Assembly (NCBI RefSeq): GCF_037042905.1
Contig: NC_087249.1
Coordinates: 49,972,001-50,036,000 of the forward strand
Length of the DNA stretch: 64,000 bases
Direction: 5' to 3'
From: Lytechinus pictus
Lineage: Eukaryota
This document shows, one piece after another, positions 13,688-28,009 of the stretch. The number at the start of each line of letters is the position of its first letter. Positions within the stretch are counted from its first letter, which is position 1. The position numbers were made by a program, and so were the translations under genes. Under the pieces are notes generated by a model that did not search any database, was not told where the DNA came from, and saw only the letters and a list, made by a program, of their open reading frames with translations.

Positions 13688-13758
13688 GAAGAGGAAGAAG
13701 AGGAAGAAGAAGAGGAAGAAGAAGAAGAGGAGGAAGAGGAAGAAGAAGAAGAGGAGGA
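13688..13758 (+). repeat. (GAA/GAG)n microsatellite
   Basis: Direct reading; intronic. Confidence 0.95.
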
Positions 13759-14056
13759 AATTGTCATGCTAAAGCCAGGCTCACAATATGTGCCTTTGGA
13801 AGGTGACATTATTATGCTCCTGCAACATTTGCTCTGGACAGTCTTAATATCTCGGAGGGCATAGGGTTAGAGTTAGGATTGTATTTGTAATAGAGTTTTT
13901 GGTTCAGAATTATGTAAAGATACGGAAAAGGGTTTATTTAGTTTTGGAGGTATGTAGGATTTATGCTCCGCTTAATGTGCAGATTTTCCATCGGAGCAAT
14001 TGTCGCCGGAGCATATGTCATGGAGCCCTTTGGAAGCACATAGAGACTTTGAATGA

Positions 14057-14329
<273 letters not shown>

Positions 14330-14869
14330 TAATCGCTAATTTGAAAGAATAATTCTGATAGGTTCCTGGTCAGTCCCCTGAGCAAAATGCGCATGCAACA
14401 ACGATTTTGATAGGCTATTTAATTTTAGCGATTAATTGCTAACCTTCGTGTCATGGGAAACTGGGGATATTTCACAAAGAGTTGAATGTGACTTTGAGTC
14501 GTGCTTGAATACCGATTGGCATGATATGTAACACGCAATCTTCTTGGTTAATGCACAGTAGTGCACAGCCTCTTTTAGCATGATTTGATCATTGCGGTGA
14601 TTCCTTTTATACTGCATGCAACTGGGAATTTAAGTTGCACTTAAATCTTTGTGATACACCTCCTTTTTCCAGAGCATTTGGGCCGGAATGGCCAGGAGCC
14701 TTTAACATCAATCTTAGAGATTGACCGTGGGGCTGATTTTTATGATTGATCTCACAAAATAATCAATGCAATCAATCATAGAAATCAGTCACATGATCTA
14801 TCGCTAAGCTTTATGTTAGAGGGCCCTGGTTGGACGAAAGGTTTCAAGGGGTGAGCTATTGAGTGTTAG

Positions 14870-15456
14870 AGGACAAGTCCAACCCAACAAAAAGGTCGAT
14901 TTGAATAAAAAGAGAAAAATCCAACAAGTATAACACTGAAAATTTCATGAAAATCGGATGTAAAATAAAGTTATGACATTTTAAAGTTTTGCTTAATTTC
15001 ACAAAACAGTTATATGCACATCCTGGTCAGTATGCAAATGAGGAGACTGATGATGTCATCCACTCACTATTTATTTTTTGTTTTATGAAATATGCTAATT
15101 TTCTCATTGTCAAGTGAAACAACAATTAATTTCTCCCTGAACATGTGGAATTAGCATATTTTAGTCAAGTTGGTCGCTATTGTCAAATTTGTAAAAAAAT
15201 TGAAATATTGTATAATTCAAACAATAATAAACAAAAGAAATAGTGAGCAAGGGACATCATCAACTATCTCATTTGCATGTCACTGACTATCTCATTTGCA
15301 TGTCACTGAGTGGTGCATATAACTATTTTGTGAAAAATAAGCGAAACTTTTAAATGTCATAACTTTCTTATTTTACATCTGATTTTGATGAAATTTTCAG
15401 TGATTGTTTTTTCTCTATTTATTAAAATTAACATTTTTCTGTGGTGGACTTGACCT
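14870..15456. mobile_element. Kolobok-type MITE, second copy of the 12334 family (opposite orientation)
   Basis: TTAG|AGGACAAGTCCA ... TGGACTTGACCT|TTAT; internal homology to 12334-12871. Confidence 0.8.
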
Positions 15457-15641
15457 TTATTAATGGTTTGACCCCTCCCTCAGCCTTTCTCTGCAGGGCA
15501 CCTTTCAGTAAATACATGTACTACCCTACTGGCTAAATTGAACTTGCATACATGTACCCCCCCCCTCTTTTTAATGGGGGGGGGGGATGCTGTTATCCTG
15601 TACCCTTCTAAACATGTCATTTTTAATGAAAGAGAAGTAGG

Positions 15642-15889
15642 CCCAAGGTAAACAGAAAAAAAAAGGAAGGTTGCCTTCATAGACAGATTTCAAATTTCAA
15701 ATGGGAGATAATTTTTGTGGCCATTGATGTACAGGTATTAAAGTACATAAAAGTATTTAACTATAACCCAAGGTAAACAGAAAAAAAAGGAAGGTTGCCT
15801 TTATAGACAGATTTCAAATTTCAAATGGGAGATAATTTTTGTGGCCTTTGATGTACAGATATTAAAGTACATAAAAGTATTTAACTATA
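15642..15889 (+). repeat. Recent tandem duplication, ~125-bp unit x2
   Basis: CCCAAGGTAAACAG...TTAACTATA starts at 15642 and at 15767, with few substitutions. Confidence 0.95.
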
Positions 15890-15914
15890 GACAGGTGGCC
15901 ACTATATTAAAGAC

Positions 15915-16185
15915 TAGGCCCGTTTCGGGTACATGTGTACACGCAGGGTCAAGTCAGTGCACGTGTACTAAATTCCATCACCGTGTATTGGTATGAAGTG
16001 ATAGGGAATTGCAGCCTTGTGGAATTGGAAGGCTCGCACTGTGCATGCTTACTGTACTTTCATTCATAAATTTGTAATGAATACATTACGCAATTTGTTT
16101 ATATCCTACAACGTGTACACGTGTACCCGACCGAAAAATACGCCGTGTACACGTGCTTCAAAAATGGACTTTCAAAACAGGCCTA
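15915..16185. mobile_element. hAT-like MITE
   Basis: TAGGCCCGTTTCG / CAAAACAGGCCTA TIR (11/13). Perfect 8-bp TSD TTAAAGAC. Internal repeated GTGTACAC motifs. Confidence 0.85.
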
Positions 16186-16428
16186 TTAAAGACAGCTTTG
16201 ACTGTTCGTATTACGTCATTGGCCGAGTCAAAGCAATGTTTTAGAGCAGATTGAATGCAACGTATGAGTTATTTACCTCTCCTAATTAGTCAAATTTTGC
16301 TCTTGCCCCCAAATATTTCATGACCAAGAAAAAAAATATTATTTTCTGATTATGTCAAAATCTATCACAAACTTGGATTTTTGTAATAAAACTGTCAAAA
16401 TTTTTTTTTCTTTTATTGCTCATTTCAG

Positions 16429-16651
16429 GCTAGAGAATTCTAGGAGTGACAGTAGCTCTGATGATGAAAGCGACGAGACTTCCTCAGGAACCATCGATTC
16501 TGATTCTTCTTCCACGATCAGCTCCGAAGACGAATCAAGCGACGACGACCTCAGCTCCAAAGAGGATTCCGATTTCGACTCGTCCGGTACTAGCGACTCG
16601 GATTCAGACAGCAGCGATGATAGCGTGCCTCGGAAAAAGCGCAAACGGTGA
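16429..16651 (+). CDS. ZCCHC10: ZCCHC10 coding exon 3 (Ser/Asp-rich tail, basic C-terminus)
   Basis: catttcag acceptor in matching phase; LENSRSDSSSDDE...DDSVPRKKRKR-stop. Total CDS 423 nt. Confidence 0.92.
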
Positions 16652-19600
16652 AAGGATGCAAGTGGGATGCAGCAACGTTTGCAGCATTGCCGAACTGCCT
16701 CTGATGGCAATTGGACAAGATTGATATTCATCAACACTATATCAATAGGCTGGATCGGAATTCGGCCAAGAAACTTTTGCACAGGGCTGCGTTGTTCCCG
16801 CTCAGAGCACCGAAAGCATTTGGGTACTCTGCCGTTGAAGCCAATGATTACATTCGCTTTGGTGCAATATTTTAGAAGATCAAGCAATTTTTGTATACCA
16901 GGGACCCTTTGCCGTGTTTCCGTCTTTTGAATGTATTTTGATATTATTGTATAGTAAGTTGAATTTTCAATTTGAATCAATATTATAATGAATGTGTCCA
17001 CATTACATGGATATGCCATTTCATGTAATGTCATTGTAAACAATGTAATTATGGGGGCAACCGACAAGTCTGCTGGGACTGGGGCCCGGCTTGGGGTTGG
17101 TGCTTAGGAAGTTTGGTTAGTAACACAAATTGATGAAGAAATGCAAGTGAATAAGCTGAAGTCAAAATTGTCTCTTTTGACAAGAGATATGAGTTATTTT
17201 GGAAATTAATTTCATGAATCATCCATTGCAAAACACATTCATAAATATCCCAACACGATAATCGTGTTTATATTATAATTCAAATAATTGAAAAGAAATT
17301 CAACAGACATTGCTACCAAAATTGTTGTCTCGACACAGGAGGCAGTAATATTGTCCATGCAGAAATAATTACTGTATGGCCACTTTTAAAAAGGGACAAT
17401 GTATTTGATTTAAATGCAGATTTCAGTCAATAATTATTCATGTACTCAAATTTTGATTTAAACGTTTCTATTTTGATCTTGTCATACCCCTAGGGCCCCA
17501 ATGCATGATAACAATGCTCAACAGCTAATTGAAAATTAAGGATTTCATGGAAATTATTCAAGTTAGCATAGCATAGCTGATTAGCTGATAAACTTTTATG
17601 CTATTGCTAACATTCAAAATTATTGAAAAAATCTATTAAAATAACCAACCCGCTAAAAGTTACCAGGCATGTCTACAGATCCCCCCATCCATTCCATATA
17701 CATTTTACCATGTAAACATGAATATTTTTCAAAGGAAAGCTCTATACAACCTTTTGATTTGATTTTTTATGTGTATAATCATATATTTCACACATATATA
17801 CTACCAAAAGGGTAAAATTTTATATAATCATATTACATTTTTTTTTCTTTTTTGGAGGGGTGGGGGGGGGGGGGGGGTAGACAAAAAAAAAATGATATTG
17901 AATAGAAATACATTGTAGCAGTAGAAAAGATGAAATGATAATTGGGTACCCGATCAAAATAAAATGTCATGCACTTTTTCTCCTTTTTATATGATACATA
18001 ATTTTCTGTGATGAGGAATCAATTGATATGAATTGCAATTGTAATAAACACCATAATTAGCATAATAATATGCAATAGGGATATATGTGGACCTCTGTGT
18101 ATATCCATAAAGGCTGAAAAACATATTTGTAAGTCAAGTTCTCAAGGGTTTTCTATGACGAGGAATTTATTGCAGTCATCATGAATGGCATAACTGGCAC
18201 ACTGAGCCAACAAGCATTTGTATGGACTTCTTTGTCATTGTATATCTCCCCAAATTGAATAATACAACTCTAATCGGGCGTTCTATAAGGATTAATTTAT
18301 TCATCACATCAGATTATAGCACTTTTACCTGATGCAATTTTCCTCAAAGTAACAGAATGAGCTAACACGTTATGTTGACTTAATCTCAAGAATCATGCCT
18401 TCAAAAATCAAACCAAGATCTGGCATAAGAAATGAAAAAAAACGTAATTATTTTTTAATATTGTATACATCTTAAATTTTTTAATAGTCATCACCCATTG
18501 GTCTGATTGGCTGCCTGTTGGGGAGCTGGTGTCCTCATTTGCTAGAGCTCCTGTGAGTAGTGAGCTGACCGGGCTTGTCCCTTAAATTGTCGGTGAACGG
18601 AGCAGCAAGCATGAGGGCACCGGGCTCAACAGGATGTAGCTAAGAATTCCGAGAAGTGATGCAAATATACAATCAAATGCGTTTAACTTTTGCATGACAG
18701 AATTTTTAGGTTATGAAGTTTAAGTTGTAGATTTGTTTATATTTGTAGCTTGTTAAAGAAAAGAAATTTTGCTGAGCCATTGGATGAGCAAGCTTTGATG
18801 GTACAATATGTGCGTTCTATAAATCTACACTATTATCATTATATATTTTTTTGTTTATCTAGAAGGAATGAAAAAAATAAGAAATATACATGCCAGATAT
18901 ACATGAGAATAAACTGTCAAGTTAAAGTAAAATTTACATCTGTCATTTATAAATGAAATCCTTGTCAGTGAAAGTTGTATTTTTCAAGATTTTTTTAAAA
19001 GCAATGACAAGAAGTCCACATACATGTACTTATGCTATTCATCATTAAATTAACTATTACATATATTACATATAAATGAAGTCCTTGTTAGAGAAATCAC
19101 CAGAGGAGCTGTATCATTTATGTTTTAGGATTGGTGGTGATTGCATTTAATATTTACATTCATAAATTAATTCCTCATCAGAGAAAGGCTTAGGAGAGCA
19201 GTGTTTTTCCTGAATTTAAAACCTCATAATGTGTACAAATTCTATTCATGATAAAAATCTTAATGATGACACCGCAAAACCGATCAATATCCAAATATTT
19301 GCATTTATTCTTGACTGAGGTGTAGTAGACTCTACAGAGATTGCAGATATTGTACAATCCCCGTGTGTGGATTGCATGGTGCTGCTACGATGTTTTTTCA
19401 GGGCTATTATCTTAAGTGTTTGAAAATTTGTCTGAGTCTGCACTGAACAAAATCATGGACCGTACTGTACAATGATTTTGAATCTGTATTATCATCATAC
19501 GATCATTGTGTATCGCCCTCAGGAAGTTGTATGATTTACAGGGATGCAATCACCCTACGAGCACCTTATTGTGACCATTGACCGAATATATATGTCATGA

Positions 19601-22600
19601 ATATCAGATAAGAAAGGGTGAGGTAATTTGTTACAGGGGGCATTTCTTTATTGCAGCACAAGTGGGACAATTATAAAGGGCATCAAAAGTATCCCAGAGA
19701 TAATGATAAAGCTGCCAAGTAGTACTGAAATTTCACTATTTAGTACTAAAAAGTGAGGAGAATACTGGAAAATATTGATTTCTAAAATTCAAGTTTTATG
19801 AGTTGTCCTAGGATGGTATTTCTTTGAAAATACTTTTATTACCAAAAGAATGATTTAAGCTTTTAAAATACTGAAATATTCTTCTTAAGGTTGGCAGTTT
19901 AGCTTTTTTTTTGGGGGGGGGAGGGGGGGGGTGGGGTATTCAGGCCAGTCAATTGAGCATCCACATCTTCCCCCTCACGATCTTGGGTTATTACATTAAT
20001 AAGGTTTAATAAAAAGGAAAAGTGGTTAATATTTCAAGGTCGCAGAGTCAATACTCTAACTATATTGCATTGTGTAATGCAGTCAAGACCTGCCAAGGTT
20101 TCTCCACTTGTTTTATATTAAATACAGGAGATTTTTGTCATGTAAATCAAATTGAATGAACTATAAATGTCGGTTAAGACCTTCTGGCCCGTTTTCTGAA
20201 TTCTGGTTTAGTTTTATATAAACCCTTGTCCAAACTTGTATTTTAAATATGACACATTCTGACACTTGCTCTATAACAGTAGAGGTTCAATCCTGAATAC
20301 ATTTGGTGCCCAAATCCATGATTTTCTGGGAATAAATATTTCTTCACCATTAATTTTTATGAGGAATGAATACAATTTAAAAAGAAATATTCAATGTAAA
20401 CAAAATTTTGTAATTTTTGGCTTCATGTTATTTCAGTACCGAGTTCAATAGACCAAGGTCAAACTCGACTTCAGAATATGGGCCAATGTCAATTTGTCCA
20501 AAATATGTTCATTATCATATACACATGTATACATGTGACTTTTTATGCATTTGCTGCTCATGAACCCATTTCTTTTCTGTGATTTATGATAATTGTAAGG
20601 AGCAGGTCCAAGCTATTATTATTTTGCTGACAGTTCAAAGCATCTGATTTTCAATTATATTAATGGATGCATACTATGTAGGTGGCACTAGGAGTATTAA
20701 GCAAGAACAATTTGTGTGTAAGGTTGGAAATGATTTGCAAGTATTGTCCGGCTTAGATTTAAGATGGTGTGGTAATAAGGCTTAATAGATAATTGTAGAG
20801 TTAACTCTAATAGTCCTGGGGTTGGGTTTCCCATAATGGCTCTCTGAATATTTTTAGTGATATTTATCTGTAACTTTAAAGGACTGCGCCATGCCGTTTG
20901 GTGACTATTTCCTTTCAAGTGTCAAATTCATATTTTTCAAAAAGAAAAGGGCAATCTACACATACGAATTATGGAAAAAAAAACAATTAAGTACATAAGA
21001 AATCGATTTAATAACAGAATCTTTTTCAAGTACAATTGTTCAGAATGCTATTATGAATAATTTTAAAAACTCAAACATTTGGCACTATAGGAGCTTTAAT
21101 ATTAAGTGACCTGAAGCAAAAAAAGAATGATTCATGCCAAAATTAGTTAATTCATTCATGTAAACAAATATAGAGATTGAGAGAAATTTAGCTACGCAAT
21201 CGCATAATTTATGTCATTTTTCTACCATCATGCAAATTTTGTTGTGATTCCACAATCTGTGGTTGAGATCTGACTAGGGGCATAATGGCCCAACCGGACA
21301 AAACTCAAAATACCCCAGGATTATTAAGGTTGGTTTTGCCACTTTTTCTTGATGAAGTTAGTACTGTAAAAGTTGAAATTTCTTGCACGATTAATTTTTT
21401 TGCGCTTCTAATTTTGCGGTCATCACCTGATGCACTTGAACATTATATAGTACGTGTACACTGGACTAGCGTCTGATACATGTGTGATGGATAAGCACAT
21501 ACAAAGTGTGTTACGTGCACTAAAGATAAGGGGAAAAGTACATGTACAATACACCCAACACTTCAGGAGAAGGTTTTTCTTGCGCATTTCGCTTACGCAT
21601 TTTGGCATTATATTTATTCATTTTTGTTTTTGCGCCTTACATGTTTCGTGCAAAATTTTCCACTTTTACAGTATCTGTGTTGACTAATTCTGCAAAAGTG
21701 AATCCAAAGGTTTTCCAGAGTTTTTGCCAATTGAGTTTTGTCTCCGGTTTTTTACCCTGGACCTACTTGTCGTCGAATTGTTTGACACAGATACCTCCCC
21801 CCCCCCCCGAAAAAAAAAATTGTTCACGATATACTATTATAAAATTTATTTTTATTCTGTATAATTTTGGTATCAAACTGAATTTTTGATATTTAGAGTA
21901 CAAGCAGATACTATTTTAAGCGCACTTTAAATATACCCTCTACTCCCATAAATTGAGATTTTGTTGGTTTGGGGAGTTGCACTGATATTCTTGCAATTTT
22001 TGCTATTTTAGAAAAATATGAAGTTTGAACATGAAAAATATATGTAATCTTTTTTTTACAAAGTTATCAACAATTTCTATTTTTAAGCTGTCCTAATGCT
22101 AATGTACATAATTTAGGAATAATTTCGATTTTATTTTTCAAATTATCAGTAGACCCAGTAATACGGTGCCACTCCTGTGATTCTGTTTTTATTCAGACAA
22201 CCCATTACGTAGAGTTGGAAATGTGCTTATGTACATGTATACATGTATTATCATATTTAAAATCTTAAATTGTTAATGATACTAGCAAAACAATTTGGGG
22301 GTGTTTCAAAGATAATTATATCTGACTTCAAAGTCATGCTTAAGTGTTGATGTGCACATGATACTTAATGAGCATTTTAATTAATTTATTATACAGTAAA
22401 GCACATCCCATGAATGGGATCCAACATATACATGTATGGAGATCCATTATTTTCCATATGCAACTTGGAATTTAAAACACCCCTTTGAATTGTTCTCTTG
22501 TGTCACATTAATGTCAGATAGCTTGGACCTGCTCTGTATTATTTGATTATCTGTACTATATACTTTGCTTTATAACCATATTATTTTTTCTTTCTCGAAG

Positions 22601-25600
22601 AAAATTGTAAGACCAGCAGCTGAGAAGATTCATTCAAGTGACAGGACCATAGCAGTTGACCTCATTGATTGATGGTGGTACTAGGCCCGACACCTCACAA
22701 ACATGGCTTGCTGTCTGGTTTGAGCTGGGGTCTTCCTGTCAGAATCACACAATTAGTGACATCACTACTGAAAGATCTACTTTTTAGTGTGCAAAGAGGG
22801 GCACTGGACACTGTTGTGCATGGTATACAGCTTCCATAATGTAAGCGCTTTATTCATGATTTTAATGATATTCTGTGTAGCCTAGAGTATGCAAGACAAT
22901 GCCATTGGTTTTCCAGAAATGATTGCTCTGAGGGTAGAATTATTTTAGAGGTAGAAAGTATTGTGCAGCAATCTCAAACACAGGCTTTTAAAATTCTTGA
23001 AGGCAACTTGGATATTGCTGTCTTTCTTTATATACCTCTCTGTACTATCTGCTCTAGCTGTTGGTCAAATGTTATCTTTGTTTCACACTGTCCCAACATG
23101 ATATCTGACATGACTGATTTAATAATGTGGTAAATAAGACATTAAAAAATCGTTTACAAGGAAATTTATATATTTTTTCAGACTTTGATCTCATTTTTTA
23201 TATAAATTGCAGAGCTATGATACATATAGAGCAGTGCAAAAAATGTTGCAATAAATCTTCCCTTTTTCTGTACATTTTAATTTTTGGACAGACTAATATG
23301 AGTTAATTTTTCAATCATTTTGGTCCTTTCCCCATTCACCATGAACCTAATTTTTTTTTTAAAAATGCCGAGTGTGTATCCATCATGTAAACACAGAATG
23401 CGAGAGATTTAGCCAGACCTGTGTTGGATGATAATGATATTGTGATGAAGGTGGCTTCTCAATATCGGTTCGTCTGCCACAAAAATAAAAACCAAACAAA
23501 ACAAAAAGACAAAAACTTTTGTCTTCTATACTCAGTCTCCGATAAAAAGTTTAACTCATTTTATGAGGACTGTGCGCTTCAATGGTTTTTCCACAATGCT
23601 CCTTAAACATTGCAATACAAGTTAGTATGGAATCTAGTCTTAGAAGTGCAATGTCAAATGTTTATTTCTATCTGCCAGCAAGTGTTACTTGCTTTTCAAG
23701 AGCCTTGCCTACTGTAGTGTTTCTAGTTGACCCTTATCACTATTTTGTATTGGGCCTTTTGCACGTTTGATGGAGCAGTTTAGCCGAGATGGCTTTGGAG
23801 CTTAGTGGCAGTGTTCAAGGTCAATCAAGAACCGGTCTGCATTGCAAAGAAGAGAAGAAAGGAACTGTTGACCTACGTTTGAAGAGAGCGCTGTTGACTT
23901 CTGGAAATACATTTCAATTGCCTGTGACATTCTAGTACTCTCTGATCAAAAGGAATAGTGTTCTTTAACCTATGTGTTGGTATCCATAGCTCTTGAAAAC
24001 ATGATGTAAGTGACTTACCACCCCAAAACCAACAATAAGTTGCCAGAGAAGGCTCTTTGTAAATAACCAACATAGCATTTGGTCTTTAAAAAAAAAAAAA
24101 ATTAGTTATCTTAATAAGTATTACTTTTTCTTCATACTCTCATAATTTGAAGTCTTAAAATTGAAAAGACAAGATACAACAATTTCTTGACACCATTTTT
24201 TGCGGACTGCTTGGAATTTTCAGCGAGATTGCAGTGTTCACATATCATGCTTGAGTGAACCCCGAAATTCAAACCTTGTTTTCTCTGAACTTCTGCATTC
24301 AATCAAGTACTTGAAAGGATTATTGTTGATCAACTTTGAAAAGTTTAATATCATTTTAAAGCTTAGGGTGTGCTTTTTCGAGCTCAATGAAAATCTCAAA
24401 ATTCATTTAGGGTGACTTATTGTCGGTTTTAGGGTGGCTGGTCACATTTGGTAGATATTACAGCACTCTGATATGCATGGCTCTTCCTAGCATAGTGCAA
24501 CCTGGATTTGACTCTTGTTTTATCCACATTTCCGTCTGTGAGTGATCCACCAGATTTTCAACCTTCTAAATTCTACATTTTCCATTCTTTCCACGTTTAT
24601 TCAATCATTGCATCGTCTGGTATTTTTTCCTCAGGGAACATTTTTAGTAAGTTATATCCTGTGTGAATGAGAATTGCATTTATTCATGTGACTGAATTCA
24701 AAAGGGGTTGCTGTATTTGGGAAGGCATTTGATGGAACTTGCCATTATCTGATTTGGTTGATCCAGTTGTCTTTCAAATTCACATTTCTTTACTCGGCTT
24801 CAAAAAAACTTATTCGGTTCAAACCAGAGCTGCTTCTTGAACAAAGCTGAAAAATTGGTTGTAGTCGGGCTTTGTGTACTGTGGTCATAGAGGATTGTGA
24901 CATTGCCTATGGGAAGGAACTAGCGTGGGACGATCTGACTATGATGATCAATGAAAGATGCTTGTAATTCCTTCAACAGACCCGTCAGCATTCTCACATG
25001 GTGTTGCTATCCTCAAGGAGTTATAACAAGATTCTTCAAGACCTGAACATGGTATTCAATGAAAGAGGAGTGTTGTACCTTGAACAGCCTCAGCAGGATT
25101 CTCACAGGGATTGTGGCAGGGAGTAAAGGGCACTCTGGCCTATTGTAACCAAGTTTTCAAAGTTTATGTTTGAAGATAAGGAGTGTAATTGGATGACTCT
25201 CTCTAGCAGATTGTTACAACGATTTCTGACATCCAGTCTCGAGCGAGTTTTTGACATTCTATTTGATGCTCACTGTGAAATTTGACATTTCTTCTTCCGG
25301 ATGATTGTTACATTTGTTATTGACCTTTTGCCGAAAGAAGTGGATTTCCGCATCCAGTCTGGAATGAGCTGTGGAAATTTGTATTTGGTGCCATTTCTGC
25401 AATTCAATTTTTAGCTGAAGAAAGTGTTTCCTACATCTATTCTGGAAGGAGTTTTGGAAATTTTCTTGGGTGCTCTCTCAGAAATTTTGACATTTTGCGC
25501 TTCACTACTAGGGAACATGCATTGCACTGTGATGATTGATGGTGCATTGTGGGATATAAAGTGCACTTTCTCAGGATGAGCCTATCTTGAGGGTTCGACC

Positions 25601-26984
25601 TGTTAGATCTAGATTCGCATATATCTTGTCATTCTGAATGCAATAGCTCTATCTCTCAAAATTCTGTGGAAGAAGTGATGGATGCATACGCAACCCACAT
25701 TTGGTTCTTGTAAAATGGTGAATAAATAAAATGACCTTGAAGGGAAACAATGAAAACAAAGAAGAAAGAAACCATCAATTTATTAAATATTAACCAAAAA
25801 TTCAGTGTTCATTGATGTTTGTAGGAACACAATTGTTTTATGTACAGAAAGACGGTGCATTTATTTGTAAAATTGTTTTCATATATCTCATCTGCTCAGG
25901 CTACTGCTCATTCGAAAAGAAAAAGACATTCCCCCCCCAAAAAAAAAAAAGTGATAAAGACAATGATGAAATGATACAATAGATTATTTGTTAAAAGTGA
26001 AAAATATTTTGACAATTATTAGTCATAATACGGTATAATGAAATTATTTGGAACATTTTAATATCAGTCATGTACATAAATGTTGAAACGATGTGAAACG
26101 AAGGAAGATTGGCAGATTTGGGGAGCATTTCATGGAGAGATTTGTCAGTGCTTATCACCGGCTTATTTGCTATTGACCAATCAGATGCAGTGATTTACAT
26201 TAGCTCGTAACATCAGTTGGTGAAAATCACCGATAAAATCTTCATGAAAGGCTCACCTGGATGGATAGTACAGGGAGGTATGGAGAGAAAGCACAATTAA
26301 TGGATTAACTGGTAAAGCTGTAGGAAGGAGAGGTGGGGAGGGATAGAGGGGAGATGGTAGTGAGGAAGGGAGCAGATTTAAGGAAATTAAGCAGTGGCTT
26401 TGTTCAAGGATGAATAAAGGGACTACAAAGGAGATTAACAGACCGATTCAGATGGTAAAGAAGAGAATAGGGGAGGGGATGGGAGAAGGAAGCAAAAAGC
26501 CAATGTATTGTCTTGCATACCACACAGTGTCATTGAAATTGTAAATAAAGCACCTACATTATGGATGTTGTATGTCATGCATGGCAGTGTCCATTGCCCC
26601 ACCCTGTACACTTAAAAATAGGACAATTGGTAGTGATGTCATGTATTGTGTGATTTTGTCAAGGAGACCTCAGCTCGGACTGGCGGCCATGTTGTGAGGG
26701 TTAGGGTTTGCCCCATTGTATCACGAGGTCATTTGCTGTGGTACCCTGTTTACTTGAGTGAATCTTCTTGGCTGCTGGTCATTTTTTTTTAATGTATTTT
26801 TCTTTGACAAAAAATAATAAATCCATGGAAAATGAAAAATTCTTACTCTGCATTTATGCTCATTTGTGTATGTGGATATTCATCTCTATATTGTGAAACA
26901 TTGAACTTGCCCTGTCCCCTCTTTTATCCATTGTGACCCCCCCTGTTGCAAGCCAAAATTGACATTGTTCCTGCCCCCCCCCCC

Positions 26985-27268
26985 CCTCGTTGCATAAAAG
27001 TTACTGGTACCTTCCATGGAATTCTTGAATTTGATTGGCTGTTGAGCAATGTTGTCATGGTAGTTACCATTGGATGGCATATTTACCATAATAGTAACTT
27101 TTATGTAACGGGGCCCATTTCATAAAGGACTTACAGCTTTTGTAACTTTTCCATTATGGCAACTACCATGGAAACCTTGATTCTGATTGGCTGTTGAGCC
27201 CTGTTACTATGGAAGTTGCCTTAATGACCAAGTTACAACAGTTGCAAGTCCTTTATGAAACGGGGCCC
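26985..27268. mobile_element. Two adjacent Harbinger-like palindromic MITEs
   Basis: Two foldback units joined at GGGGCCC (27110-27116); the second ends TTTATGAAACGGGGCCC-CAG. Confidence 0.65.
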
Positions 27269-27634
27269 CAGGTCTGGTATTCTGAAAATTGTGTTATACT
27301 ACGTCATTGGCCCACGTTTTTGTCTCAAACCAACCATAAAAACCCGCTTTTGAATTTGTTACGAGTCAACGTGGAAAAGATAACAGGATTTTCAGAATAA
27401 CATCCCAGCTGTTAGGAACTGTACAATGTAAAGAAGGTAATCTCAATTCTAAGGCTGTTCATTTCTTTTAAAATTCAAAAGAAAACTTCCAGATAATATC
27501 TACATTATATTCCCAGTTTTAACATGTGCCTTTAATAATCCAGTAATTTGATATAATTAGAAAGCCATGGAATTCCTTTTATTTTTATCATCAGCCCTCA
27601 TGATTTAGATCACCTTGTTCACACTATATATTAA

Positions 27635-28009
27635 GGCCTCCGCGCACCTTGCGACTGGTCCACGATCCAATTTTGGAACATTAAAATTTTGCTCATTTTC
27701 TGAAAATGTGAATGAAAAATCTTTTTCTTCGAGGTTCAAATAAATGCATGAATACTAATATTTTTTTGGGGGACGATTGCTAGCTTTTATTTTGGGCTAA
27801 AGGCCAAATTGTACAATTGCTCCGATGCAATTAGAACTACATTCAATTAAATTTTATTTATTAAGGATGGTAGCATAGTCACAGCTTTGAACAAAAGTAT
27901 TCAATGATTTAGATCTTTTAAACAGGAAGATGCTCTATTCTAAATATTTGTATCAAATTTTTAAATTCCAAAATCGGGTCTCAGACCTATCGTAAAGTGT
28001 GCAGTGGCT
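27635..28009. mobile_element. Degenerate MITE
   Basis: Imperfect ~45-bp inverted ends (GCACCTTGCGA..ATTTTGGAA / TTCCAAAAT..TCGTAAAGTGTGC). Confidence 0.55.

Noticed and set aside
13688-13758. Poly-Glu exon of ZCCHC10
   Set aside because: No flanking splice sites, and exons 1 and 2 already join in phase.
16420-17067. 215-aa minus-strand ORF
   Set aside because: Antisense shadow of the Ser/Asp-rich ZCCHC10 exon plus 3'UTR; no recognisable domain.
26696-26712. Telomerase RNA template (ACCCTAACCCT on minus strand)
   Set aside because: No U-rich pseudoknot or H/ACA features visible downstream; too short to be meaningful.
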